A DNA stretch of 64,000 bases from Treponemataceae bacterium (GTDB lineage: Bacteria; Spirochaetota; Spirochaetia; Treponematales; Rectinemataceae): the NCBI GenBank assembly GCA_963667725.2, contig CAXXHO010000003.1, positions 928,001 through 992,000 of the forward strand, read 5' to 3'. Positions 51,587 through 62,300 of the stretch are shown piece after piece. The translations under genes and the position numbers were made by a program. The stretch's first letter is position 1, and each line of letters opens with the position of its first letter. The notes below the pieces were generated by a model that worked only from the letters and a program-made list of their open reading frames with translations, had not been told where the DNA came from and made no database searches.

Positions 51587-52321
51587 ATGTCCGGTCATAG
51601 TAAATGGGCGACCATAAAGCACAAAAAGGGACTGGCCGACGCCAAGCGCGGTCAGATGTTTACCAAGTTCATCAAGGAAATTTCCATAGCCGCCAGGATG
51701 GGCGGCGGCGACCCGGACATGAATCCACGTTTGCGCACTTCAATTCTGAAGGCGAGAGCCGCGAACATGCCCAAGGACAATATCGACCGTGCCATAAAGA
51801 AGGGCGCGGGAGAGCTTGAAGGCGTCAACTACGAAGAGCTCGTCTACGAAGCCTACGCTCCCGGCGGCGGCGCGATGCTCATCGAGGTCCTCACCGAGAA
51901 CAAGAACCGCGCGGCGGCCGAAATCCGCAATCTTCTCACCCGATCCGGCGCCAACCTCGGGACCTCCGGCTCCGTTTCCTACCTTTTCAAGCGCAAGGGC
52001 GTCCTGACCTACGACGCCGAAGTCTATTCCGAAGACCAGATCATGGAAGCGGCCCTCGAAGCCGGCGCCGACGACATCGTCAGCGAGGAAGGGACCGTCT
52101 CCGTCTATACCGATCCCGCCACCTTCGAAGACGTGCTCAACGCCATGAACGCCAAGAATTTCGCGACGCTCGGCGCCGAAATCTCGATGATCCCCGATGT
52201 GTATCTGGCCCTCGATGCCGAAGCGGCGGGCAAAGTGCAGAAAATCATCGACAGGCTCGAAGAGAACGAAGACGTTCAGAACGTCTATCACAACATGGAA
52301 CTTCCCGAATCAGAAGAGTGA
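51587..52321 (+). CDS. yebC: YebC/PmpR family protein
   Basis: MSGHSKWATIKHKK, NPRLR, DVQNVYHN. Confidence 0.96.
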   Translation: MSGHSKWATIKHKKGLADAKRGQMFTKFIKEISIAARMGGGDPDMNPRLRTSILKARAANMPKDNIDRAIKKGAGELEGVNYEELVYEAYAPGGGAMLIEVLTENKNRAAAEIRNLLTRSGANLGTSGSVSYLFKRKGVLTYDAEVYSEDQIMEAALEAGADDIVSEEGTVSVYTDPATFEDVLNAMNAKNFATLGAEISMIPDVYLALDAEAAGKVQKIIDRLEENEDVQNVYHNMELPESEE

Positions 52322-52863
52322 GGGATGACAAGGCCGGGACTATGATGTCGGCGCGGATCCGCAGTGAGCGGATCATCATCGGCATCGATCCCGGCCTCGC
52401 CTCGCTGGGCTATGGCCTTATCGTTGAGGGCAAAAACGGCCAGATCAGGCACCTTGCCCACGGCTGCGTCAAGACATCTTCCGAAATGCCGTCAGCCGAA
52501 AGGCTCCAGATCATCTTCAACGAAATACATTCCATTCTTACCCTCTACAAGCCCGACGTGGGCGGCATCGAGGATTTATATTTCTTCCGCAACGTCAGCT
52601 CCGCCCTGCCCGTGGCCGAGGCTAGGGGCGTCATCAAACTGGCCTTTATCCTGGCCTCCGTGCCCCTTGCCGAGTTCACTCCCAACGCCATCAAGAAAGC
52701 CGTGACGGGGACGGCGAGGGCCGACAAGGCTCAGGTGCAGGAGATGGTGAGGATTCTGCTCGGGCTCGAGAAGAAACCCTCTCCTGATCACGCCGCCGAC
52801 GCCCTGGCCGCCGCCATATGCAGACTGCATTCCGAAGGTCCCGTAGGCATTTCCCTTTCCTGA
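52318..52863 (+). CDS. ruvC: Holliday junction resolvase
   Basis: IGIDPG, EARGV, KKAVTG, DHAADALA; exact start uncertain. Confidence 0.95.
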   Translation: MRDDKAGTMMSARIRSERIIIGIDPGLASLGYGLIVEGKNGQIRHLAHGCVKTSSEMPSAERLQIIFNEIHSILTLYKPDVGGIEDLYFFRNVSSALPVAEARGVIKLAFILASVPLAEFTPNAIKKAVTGTARADKAQVQEMVRILLGLEKKPSPDHAADALAAAICRLHSEGPVGISLS

Positions 52864-52939
52864 GATAGTCCCGACATTAAGCCGGCTCAGCGTCCCCCGC
52901 TCTGGCGCAGGCGGCGCGAAACCTGCTATACTTCCCTCA

Positions 52940-53572
52940 ATGTTCAATAGAATACTGGGTCTTCTTTCTGGCCGCTCGGCCGGTTCCATATTCGTCCTCA
53001 CCGGCGGCATCGAATGGGATATCGCCGTTCCCGCGCGCGCCTCAGGGCTTTTCGGCCCGGCGGGCGAGCAGACCGAGGTTTTCGTCTGGCTTCATCATTA
53101 CGAGGACGGCATGAAGCTCTTCGGCTTTCCGTCGGAACACGAACGCGCGATATTCCTCGATCTCATGAAGGTGGAAGGCATCGGGCCCAAGCAGGCGCTC
53201 AAGATACTATCGGGGATTTCCCCGACGGATCTGGCCGCCGCCCTCGACGCGGGCAATCTCTCGGCTCTCCAGAAAATTTCCGGCGTGGGGCCCAAGATGG
53301 CCCAGAAGATGGTCCTGGCCCTCAAGGGGCGGCTCGTCGACCTAAAAGCCGAAGGGGAGGCCGCCGCGCCTTCTTCGCCCTGGGCCGATGTGGTGAGCGC
53401 GCTCGCCGACATGGGCTTCGACAGGAAATCGGTGGAGGCATCGGTGCGGAAGCTTTCGGCCGACATTCCGTCGGGGACTGACGGATCGTCGGGAGCCGCC
53501 GGTTCGCCATCCGGCGAGCGTGAACTCTTCAGGCGCGCCCTCCTCGACCTTTCCGCCGGGGGCTCCAAATGA
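52940..53572 (+). CDS. ruvA: Holliday junction branch migration protein
   Basis: [27 protein letters not shown]. Confidence 0.95.
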   Translation: MFNRILGLLSGRSAGSIFVLTGGIEWDIAVPARASGLFGPAGEQTEVFVWLHHYEDGMKLFGFPSEHERAIFLDLMKVEGIGPKQALKILSGISPTDLAAALDAGNLSALQKISGVGPKMAQKMVLALKGRLVDLKAEGEAAAPSSPWADVVSALADMGFDRKSVEASVRKLSADIPSGTDGSSGAAGSPSGERELFRRALLDLSAGGSK

Positions 53573-54624
53573 GGAAGACATCGGCTGAGAATCCGGATTT
53601 CGACATGAAAAGCGGCGCCATGGATCCCAATTTCGATCCCGCCGAAGATGAGCGCGAAGCGACTCTGCGGCCTCACGTCCTCTCGGAATTCCAGGGGCAG
53701 GCGCGCATAAAGGAAAACCTTTCGATATTCATCAGGGCGGCCACCGAACGCGGCGAACCCCTGGACCATCTTTTCCTCATGGGGCCCCCCGGGCTCGGAA
53801 AGACCACGCTCGCCCTTGTCGTGGCCTCCGAGATGGGCTCGGATTTCAAGCCCACCAGCGCTCCCGCCCTGGAAAAGCCCAAGGACCTCGCCGGCATCCT
53901 GACGACGCTGCGGCCGGGATCCGTCTTTTTCATCGATGAAATCCACAGGCTCAAGCCCGCTATCGAGGAAATGCTCTATATCGCCATGGAGGATTTCGAG
54001 CTGGACTGGATTATCGGCCAGGGACCCTCAGCGAGGACGGTGCGCGTGCCTGTGCCGCCCTTTACCCTCATCGGCGCGACGACGAAGGCCGGCATGGTTT
54101 CGGCCCCTCTGGCGAGCCGCTTCGGCATTTCCCTGAGGTTCGACTATTACAGCCCCGAGGAGCTGGAACTCGTCATCAACCGCTCCGCCTCGATACTGGC
54201 CATAAAAATCGGCAGGGAAGCCGTGAGGCTTCTGGCGTCCACGAGCCGCGGCACCCCGCGCATCGCGAACAGGCTCCTGCGCCGCATGAGGGATTTCGCC
54301 CAGGTGGCCGGCAAGGATTCCATCGACATCGAGGTCGTGAGGGAAGGGCTGTCCCGCCTCGAAGTGGACGAACTCGGCCTCGAACGTCTCGACAGGGATA
54401 TCCTGAGGGCAATAATCTCGAAATATGCCGGCGGACCCGTGGGGGCGGAGACTCTGGCCATAACGGTCGGAGAGGGCGTCGACAGCCTCGAAGATTACTA
54501 CGAACCCTTCCTCATTCAGGCGGGACTCTTGGCGAGAACGCCGCGGGGACGCATAGCGACGCCGTTCGCATATAAACATCTAGGCATGGAGTACAGCAGT
54601 GAGAACGGAAGACTTCAATTTTAA
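53569..54624 (+). CDS. ruvB: Holliday junction helicase
   Basis: [35 protein letters not shown]. Confidence 0.97.
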   Translation: MRKTSAENPDFDMKSGAMDPNFDPAEDEREATLRPHVLSEFQGQARIKENLSIFIRAATERGEPLDHLFLMGPPGLGKTTLALVVASEMGSDFKPTSAPALEKPKDLAGILTTLRPGSVFFIDEIHRLKPAIEEMLYIAMEDFELDWIIGQGPSARTVRVPVPPFTLIGATTKAGMVSAPLASRFGISLRFDYYSPEELELVINRSASILAIKIGREAVRLLASTSRGTPRIANRLLRRMRDFAQVAGKDSIDIEVVREGLSRLEVDELGLERLDRDILRAIISKYAGGPVGAETLAITVGEGVDSLEDYYEPFLIQAGLLARTPRGRIATPFAYKHLGMEYSSENGRLQF

Positions 54625-55642
54625 CCTTCCCGAAAAGTCGATAGCCCAGTATCCGACCGAAAAGCGGGGCGAGTCGCGGCTTCTGGTCCTGGACCGCGCC
54701 AGCGGAAGACGTACGCATTCGATGGTGTCCGACGTGGCGAGCTTCCTCGAACCGGGTACCCTCATGGTATTCAACGATTCCAAGGTCAGGAAGGCGAGGC
54801 TTTACGGCACGGCGCTCGACACTGGCGCCAAGGTGGAATTCCTCCTTCTCTCTCCTGTAGGCGGACAAATAGGCCCCGCGGTTTCAGCGACTTCCTGGAT
54901 CGCCATGGCCAGCAAGGCCAGACGACAAAAAATCGGAAGAACCTATCTTTTCCCGGGCGGAATAAAGGGCAGCGTCGTCGGGGAAAAAGCCGACGAAAAA
55001 ATAATCGAGTTCGACCTTCCCGTGGGGGACGCATACCTGGACCTCAATGGCCATATCCCTCTTCCTCCCTACATAAAGAGAGACGACGAGACGGCCGACT
55101 CCGACAGGTACCAGACAGTCTATGCCAGAACGACGGGCTCGGCGGCATGCCCCACCGCCGGACTTCATTTTACCGAGTCTATCCTCGCTTCAATAGCGGC
55201 TGCCGGTATCCAGATGGAATGGGTTACCCTTCATGTGGGGCTTGGGACCTTCCTGCCCGTTCGCGCGGAACAGATCGAGCAGCACAGGATGCACGAGGAA
55301 TGGTACTCCGTATCCGAAAAGACGTCGGCCGCGGTCAACGCCGCGAAGAAGGAGGGACGCAAGATCCTCGCCGTCGGAACGACGAGCCTGAGGACGCTGG
55401 AATCCGCGTGGGGTTGCGAAGGCCTGCGTGCCGGCGCCTCAAGCACGAGCATATTCATCTATCCCGGATATCGTTTCAACGTAATAGATCAACTCTTCAC
55501 GAATTTCCACACGCCCATGTCCACGCTGCTCATGCTCGTATCGGCTTTCGCCGGAAGGGAAAGCATCCTGGACACCTATGCCGAGGCCATCGAGAAAGGA
55601 TACAGGTTCTTCAGCTACGGCGACGCCATGCTTATCCGCTGA
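54599..55642 (+). CDS. queA: S-adenosylmethionine:tRNA ribosyltransferase-isomerase
   Basis: [35 protein letters not shown]. Confidence 0.97.
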   Translation: MRTEDFNFNLPEKSIAQYPTEKRGESRLLVLDRASGRRTHSMVSDVASFLEPGTLMVFNDSKVRKARLYGTALDTGAKVEFLLLSPVGGQIGPAVSATSWIAMASKARRQKIGRTYLFPGGIKGSVVGEKADEKIIEFDLPVGDAYLDLNGHIPLPPYIKRDDETADSDRYQTVYARTTGSAACPTAGLHFTESILASIAAAGIQMEWVTLHVGLGTFLPVRAEQIEQHRMHEEWYSVSEKTSAAVNAAKKEGRKILAVGTTSLRTLESAWGCEGLRAGASSTSIFIYPGYRFNVIDQLFTNFHTPMSTLLMLVSAFAGRESILDTYAEAIEKGYRFFSYGDAMLIR

Positions 55643-55652
55643 TCATTATTCG

Positions 55653-55726
55653 AGACTCTTCTGGAGACCCGTCTCCAGAAGAGTCTATAGACGGGTCTCC
55701 AGACGAGTTTCCAGATGAGTCTCCAA
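55653..55726. repeat. Degenerate 12-bp tandem repeat plus a perfect 16-bp inverted repeat at the queA/tmk junction
   Basis: Minus strand TTGGAGACTCAT CTGGAAACTCGT CTGGAGACCCGT CTATAGACTCTT CTGGAGACGGGT; inverted repeat agactcttctggagac-cc-gtctccagaagagtct. Confidence 0.85.
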
Positions 55727-56338
55727 GGCTAGGAATATCTGTCTAGTGACATCGTCCATGGATTTTTCCGCGTCTATCACCGCGATGTTCCATCCGGCGG
55801 CCTTCGCGTCGGCCAGCGCTTCCTCATATGCCGCGCTCACCTGCTTCTGGATGTGCAGTTTTTCATAAATCTCCAGCTGATCCCTGGCGCTGACCCTGCG
55901 CATGGCTGTTTCCGGATCGATTTTGAAGAAAATTGTGAGTCCGGGAATGGGGAATACCTCGTTGAGACGCCTCGGAAGATCCTTGCCGCAGGCGATGCCC
56001 TGATAGGCGAGGCTGGACAGGGAATAACGGTCGCAGACGACGATTTTCCCCCCCTTGGTCGCGCTGAGAATGCCTTCTTCCCCAAAAACATGCTGATAAC
56101 GATCCGCGGCAAAGAGATAGGCCACCGTGCCTGGTTCGGCCTTGATGTCTCCCCTGAGGACGCGTCGGATGAGGACGCCTTCGGGGCGAGACGTTGGTTC
56201 CGCGGTGATCATATGGGGAATGGCGTTCTTCTCCATCATCGAAGAAAGCCTTCGCATCTGCGTCGTCGTCCCGGAACCGTCAATGCCTTCAAAAACGATG
56301 AAGTTTTTTATGGCCGTTACTGTGTCATAGCTTTGCAT
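55685..56338 (-). CDS. tmk: Thymidylate kinase
   Basis: FEGIDGSGTTTQ, LFAADR, CDRYSLSSLAYQG. Confidence 0.94.
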   Translation of the reverse strand: MQSYDTVTAIKNFIVFEGIDGSGTTTQMRRLSSMMEKNAIPHMITAEPTSRPEGVLIRRVLRGDIKAEPGTVAYLFAADRYQHVFGEEGILSATKGGKIVVCDRYSLSSLAYQGIACGKDLPRRLNEVFPIPGLTIFFKIDPETAMRRVSARDQLEIYEKLHIQKQVSAAYEEALADAKAAGWNIAVIDAEKSMDDVTRQIFLALETHLETRLETRL

Positions 56339-56391
56339 GATGTGTTAGTATATAGGGCGCAGCCCATATTTTCTATGCAGGAATTGATCGG

Positions 56392-59300
56392 ATGGCACGA
56401 AAAAGCGCTAAATTGGCCTGGGCCGTCATAATCGCGGTTCTGGTCGCAGGAATACTCGCGGTGTACACCGTACCACGTGTGCGGAAGTATGCCGATAGGC
56501 GCATCGAAACCGTCATCAGTTCTCTTCAGGATACCGTTTTTTCGATCACGGGCCTCAGACTGGGTTATGGATACGCCGCGCTTTCCTCATCCAGCCGCGT
56601 ATCCATCCACGATATAGAGCTTTTCCAGGAAACCGCCGACGATTATTCCGTTCTGCGCCGCAAAGTGATTTCGGCGGGAGACCTGGAGCTGCGCATCGAC
56701 CTATGGGCCGCGATTTTCGGAAAGCCGGCCGACATCATCAGGGAAATACGGGTCTCCGCCATAAGCATCGACCTGGAATTTCCCGACGATTTCAGCATTT
56801 ACAACAACATCAGCAAGTACCTGGCCGATCAGCCGGCCGGCGAAATGCCGCGTCTCTCCATCGACCTCAGCGATATCTCAATCGGCATCCGCGATGGCGA
56901 GAGAGGTAAATACGGCGCGTCCATATCTTCGCTCCAGGTATCCACGATCTCCGGTCTCCTGGAATTGGTCGCTCCTTCAGCGATTGTTTTCGCCTCCGTT
57001 CCCGCCGCCGAGGCGCAGGAAGTTTTCCTGCAGGTGACGATGGCCAGGGTATCCATGCCGAGCGATTCTTCCGGACTTACGGCTTCCCTGGGGCTTTCGG
57101 CGCGCTATGGAACCATGACGCTGGCCGAACAGAAGATAGCCATCGCGAAATCGGGCGAAAAGTTCGAACTGAAGCTGGGGAACGGAAACGGTCTCGAAGG
57201 GGTTCTGCGGTATACGCCCGGGCAGGAAGCGCTGGATGGCGAAATTAGGCTGAAGGAGTATAGACCCGAAGCCGACCTGTCCGGATTCGATGCCGTCCTC
57301 AAGGATTTGTTCGGGCTTAAATATCAAGGTGAAGTCCTTTTTTCCTACGGAAAAGACGGGTTGTCCTATGAAGGTCGTCTGCAGGCCGCCGGGGAAGCGG
57401 GTAAGCGCGTGGGCGGGCTGTCGGCGGAAGGGGCCGAGCTGGAAGCCGTCGGGAAGGGAAACGCGGAGGGACTGGAAGAACTGCGGCTCAGGGGCAGGGC
57501 GGGCGACTATACGCTGGCGTATGAAGGCCCGCTGGACTATCAGGGGCTGAAAATTATCGGCGCAGTGTCCCTCTCCGCCGGTGATGAAACCGTTCGGGGA
57601 GAACTCAAGGGCGAGAACGGAAGCTACGCGCTGTCGGTTGGGGATGCCGTCCTGAAGGGCTTTAAGATAAGCGACTTGATGGCCGGAGTAGAGAAGCGGG
57701 GCGATATCTACAGCCTGAGGCTCAAGGGTGAGCTGGAGAAGGACGGCCAGTCCGTATCTCTTGATGGTACTGGAAAATACGGAACGGAACTGAGCTTCAA
57801 AATCAAGCTTGCGTACCAGGACAGGTCTTACCTCCTGGAAGGAACCTATGGGAAGGGGCTGGTAAGCCTGAACGGCGGTTACGGGCTTAGCGGTGAGGTG
57901 CGATTCCTCGATGAAGGAGCCTTCAGCGGAAGCATCAAGGCCCAGGGTCTGCCATTGGCCGTGGATGGCGGCGTTCTTTACCTGGATCTGTCGCTGCGCG
58001 GCAATTATGCGGCGAACGGGATCTGGAAGGTTGAAGGCGATGAAGTCCGGGTGCGGTACGAAGGGAAGGGAGAAATCCCGGCAATAGGGCTGAAGGGCTT
58101 GAAACTCGACGCGGGAAAGCTGTCCGTGAAAACTTTATCCCTGCAGGGCAATGGCTACGGCCTTTCCGGCGGCCTAAGGGGAAGTTACGGAGAAAAGGCC
58201 TTGGAGGGTTCAGCCTCCCTTGTCGGGGAAGGAATGCTTGGCGGCGGAACGGCTCGTTATGAGCTGAGTCTGGGCTACGGCGAAGGCAGCGGAAAGCTGA
58301 AGCTTCAGGTGGACGGCTATGATCTAGGGCTTATCGGCGTGGATGGCTACCGGGCAAAAGCCCTGCTCGAGGGATCCGGGGAACTGTCGCTCGAGGAACT
58401 GCTCCGCGGTGAGTACGGGAGGCTGGACGGCTGGGTGCTGAAGGGCAAAGCCGGCCTCGCGGGCAGCGCCGGCCTCGCGAGCAGCGCCGTGTCGATTTCC
58501 GATCAGAGGCTGGAGCTGAGCAAAGCCGGCAAAGAGCTTTCGCTGAAGATTGGGAACGGGAGAGGTTTTGACGCGATCCTGCGATATGCGCTTGGCGAAG
58601 AATCCGTGACCGGAGCGGTCACGCTGAAAGGGTATAAGCCGGAGGGCGATGTCCTGGGACTGGCGGGCGCGCTGAAGGAGCTTCTCGCGCTGCGCTACGA
58701 TGGCGGAGCCTCGTTTGCGTACGATAAAAGCGGATTGAGGTACGAGGGCGACGTTTTCGTGAAGGGCGAGACAGGGCAGAAAGTGAGCGGCCTACCGGTG
58801 GCGGGCGCGAGCGTGGAGCTTGCCGGAAAGGGAAATGAGCGGGGATTTGGGGAAATAGCCGTCAAGGGAATACTTGGCGATTACAGGATTGGCTATGAAG
58901 GTTCGTTCGGCTATGAGGGACTGGCGGCGGCCGGCGAGATCTCGCTCTCGAAAGACGGGGAAGCGCTGCGTGGGACGGTAAAGGGCGAGCGAGGAACCTA
59001 TGACGTGACCGTCGGGGCGGGTCTCCTTGGTGGAGTTGAGCTTAAAAATCTGACGGCGGGTATTAAAAGCGAAGCCGATAGATACGGGCTCAGGCTGAAG
59101 ACGGAAATAGGAGCGGGCAGAGTCGAGGGCGATGGATTTATCCTGAAGGGGAATTCCGACTACGAATGGCGGATGAACCTCCAGGACTTGGATATGCTGG
59201 GTATATTGAGTGTCGCGCGGGGCTTCGGGGTCCAGCTGTCCGCGGACGGAATCGGGCAGGCGTCGCTGAGCGGAAGCCTGAGCATCAAGGGAGACAAGGG

Positions 59301-62300
59301 AAAGAGTTCATGGGCGGCTTTCGGAATGGAAGGAGCGCTCGATGTCGATGGCACGAAGATCCTCCTGACAGGTTCCGGATCGGGCGATGAAAGCTGGTAT
59401 GAAATACGCGGTCTTGAAGCGGAGGTTGCCGGGGAGACGGTCAGCATCAACGGAAAAGGCGAGTTTGGAGCCCTGACAAAGTTCGCCGGGAACCTCGGTT
59501 ACCGAGGAGTGAACTACAGGCTGGAGGGAACCTATTCAAAAGGCCTGGCGACCCTAAAGGGCGAATACGGGCTCGATGCCGAAGTTGTGATCGGTAAAGA
59601 TGGAACGCTGAAGGGCAGCCTGAAAGCCCGCGCCTTCCCCTTGGCTCTGGATGAGGGCCGTATGTATGGTGACCTGTCGCTGCGGGGATTCTATGGGGCG
59701 GACAAGGCTTGGCGGCTGGAAGGCGACGAGATTGCCCTGCGTTATGAGGGGAATGGAGCATTTCCGGCCCTCTGGATGAATGGGCTGAAAGTCAGCGGCG
59801 GCGTGGTGGACGTGGCTGCCCTGACGCTGAGGGGGGAGGGCTACGGGCTCTCTGGAAGCCTTAGCGGAAGTTTTGGGGCAAAGGGTATTGAAGGCCGCGG
59901 TCATTTTATCGGCGAAGGTTCCTTGGGCAGCGGGCTGGCTCAGTACAATCTGGATCTGGGGTATGGGGAAGGTCAAGGCAGGCTGAAAATCGGCCTGAGC
60001 GGCTATGATCTGGGAATTGTCGGCCTCAAGGGCTTCCGGGCTCATGCTTCGCTGGAAGGATCGGGAGAGCTGTCGCCAGAAGAACTGCTTCGCGGAGAGT
60101 TGGGAAAGCTGGATGGCTGGGTGCTGAGAGGAAAAGCCGGGCTCGAAGGCGATGCCTTGACGTTGAACGATCAGGACATCGAGATAAGTAAGGCCGCCGA
60201 CCTTCTTTCATTGAAGGTGGGAAACGGCAAGGGATTCGAAGGGCTGCTGCGGTACAGCCTGGACGGGAAAGAGCTTGAGGGCCAAGTATTGCTTGCCGCG
60301 TACAGACCCGAGGGCGATATCGCGACGCGGATCCCTCTGCTGCGGGATCTTTCCGGGCTTCTGTTCGAGGGGGGAGCCGCCCTTTCCTATGGCGAAAGCG
60401 GATTATCCTATGAAGGCCAGATCCTGGCCCTCGGGGAAGCCAGTCGGCTGGTGGGCGGCGTATCGACGGATGGCGCGAGGTTTGAGGCTGCCGGAAAAGG
60501 GGATGGGATCGGGCTCGCCAAAGTGGCCTTACGAGGCGTTCTAGGGACCTATGAGCTCAGCTACGATGGTTTGTTACGCTATGAGGGATTGAAAGTCGCC
60601 GGCGGCCTGTCCTTCTCGGCAGGGGCCGATATCGTTCAGGGGAATCTGAAGGGCGAGAAGGGCATATACGAGCTTACGATCGGGCAAGCTTCGATAATGG
60701 GCATCGGAATCAGGGGCTTGGCGGCTGGGCTTGAGAGAAAAGCCGATAGCTACGGTCTCACCTTGAGCGGGGAACTGGAAAAGGACGGCGAGACGGTACG
60801 GGTCAAGGCGACGGGTGAATACGGAACGGATCTGAAGTTCGCCGCGGAGCTTGGCTATCGAGGCGTCGCCTACGGCCTGGATGGAACCTTTGAAAACGGT
60901 CAGTTGACCATGAAGGGCGGATACGGCCTCGTAGGCAAGCTGGTCATCGGCGAAGGAAAGGCGATAGAGGGAAGCCTGAGCGCCAGGGATTTGCCGCTGG
61001 CTGTGGACGGCGGCATGGTGTATGGAAATCTGTCGCTCAGGGGCGCCTACGGGAAGGATAGATCCTGGTGGGTGGAAGGCGATGAAGTCGGCCTCCGTTA
61101 CGAGGGAAAGGAAAAATATCCGATCCTCGGAATGAAGGGTTTGAGAATCGGCGGCGGAAGGGCGGAGGTGGACTCCCTCACGCTGGAGGGAGAGGGCTAT
61201 GGTCTCTCCGGAAGCCTGAAGGGGAGCTACGGTGGGGAAGGAACCGAGGCTTTTGAGGGCAGCGGCATCTTCATCGGTGAAAAAGCCCTGGGCGGCGGCT
61301 CGGCCATATATGAGCTTAGCTTCGGCTATGGCGAAGGCCGCGGCAGAATTCGGCTTGGCGTCGATGGCTACGATCTGGGTTTCGCGGGGCTGAAGGGATA
61401 CAGGGCGAATGCCTCTCTCGCCGGATCCGGCGACCTCTCTTGGGCGGAACTCGTCAAGGGCGAGCTTGGGAAGCTGGACACATGGGTGATGAGGGGCAAA
61501 GCAGGGCTCTTCGGCGATGCCATGACGCTCTCCGAACAGGGATTGGAGCTGCGCAAAATCGGCGATCTGCTCACCCTGAGCGTCGGAAACAAGAATGGAT
61601 TTGAGGGAGCGGTGAGTTATGCCCTCGGTGCGAAATCAGCAGGCGGCGAAATCCTCCTGGATGGATATTCGCCCGAAAAAGATCTCATCGGTCTGGATGG
61701 GATCCTGAAAGATCTCCTTGGCCTGAAGTATGGCGGCAAGGCGGTATTCGCCTATGGCGAGAGCGGCCTGACCTACGCTGGCGACATTGTCGTGCAGGGG
61801 GAAGCCGGCCGCAAAATAGGCGGACAGTCCGTGGAAGGCATGCTCATGGAGGTTATCGGAAAGGGAGACTTGACCGGCCTTGGCGAGCTGACGCTGAAGG
61901 GTTCTTTCGAAGGATATACACTTGGCTACGGGGGATCGCTTTCCTATGAGGGTATGAAAGTTGCGGGCGCTCTATCTCTGTCGAAGGGGGAGGAAGCCGT
62001 TCTTGGATTTGTGAAGGGAGAAAAAGGAGCGTATGAGCTCTCGGTGGGAGATGGCACGCTGGGGGGCATCAGGCTTCAGGGCTTGCTGGCCGCGGTTGAG
62101 GAAAAGGAAGAGCGTTACGATATAAGATTGAACGGGGAGCTTGCGGGAGGGAAGATCGAGGCTGAAGGCTCTTTATTGAAAGGGAAGAAAGGCTACGAAG
62201 GGCGCATGAGTCTTCAGGATACCGAAATCATGGGCCTGCTGCGTCTCGCTGAGGTTTTTGGGCTCAAGGTTCCCGAAGTCGGGCTTAAAAAAGCTCTTGT

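Noticed and set aside
55653..55726. Possible CRISPR array or IS end
   Set aside because: Units are 12 bp, contiguous and spacer-less; no cas or transposase gene nearby.
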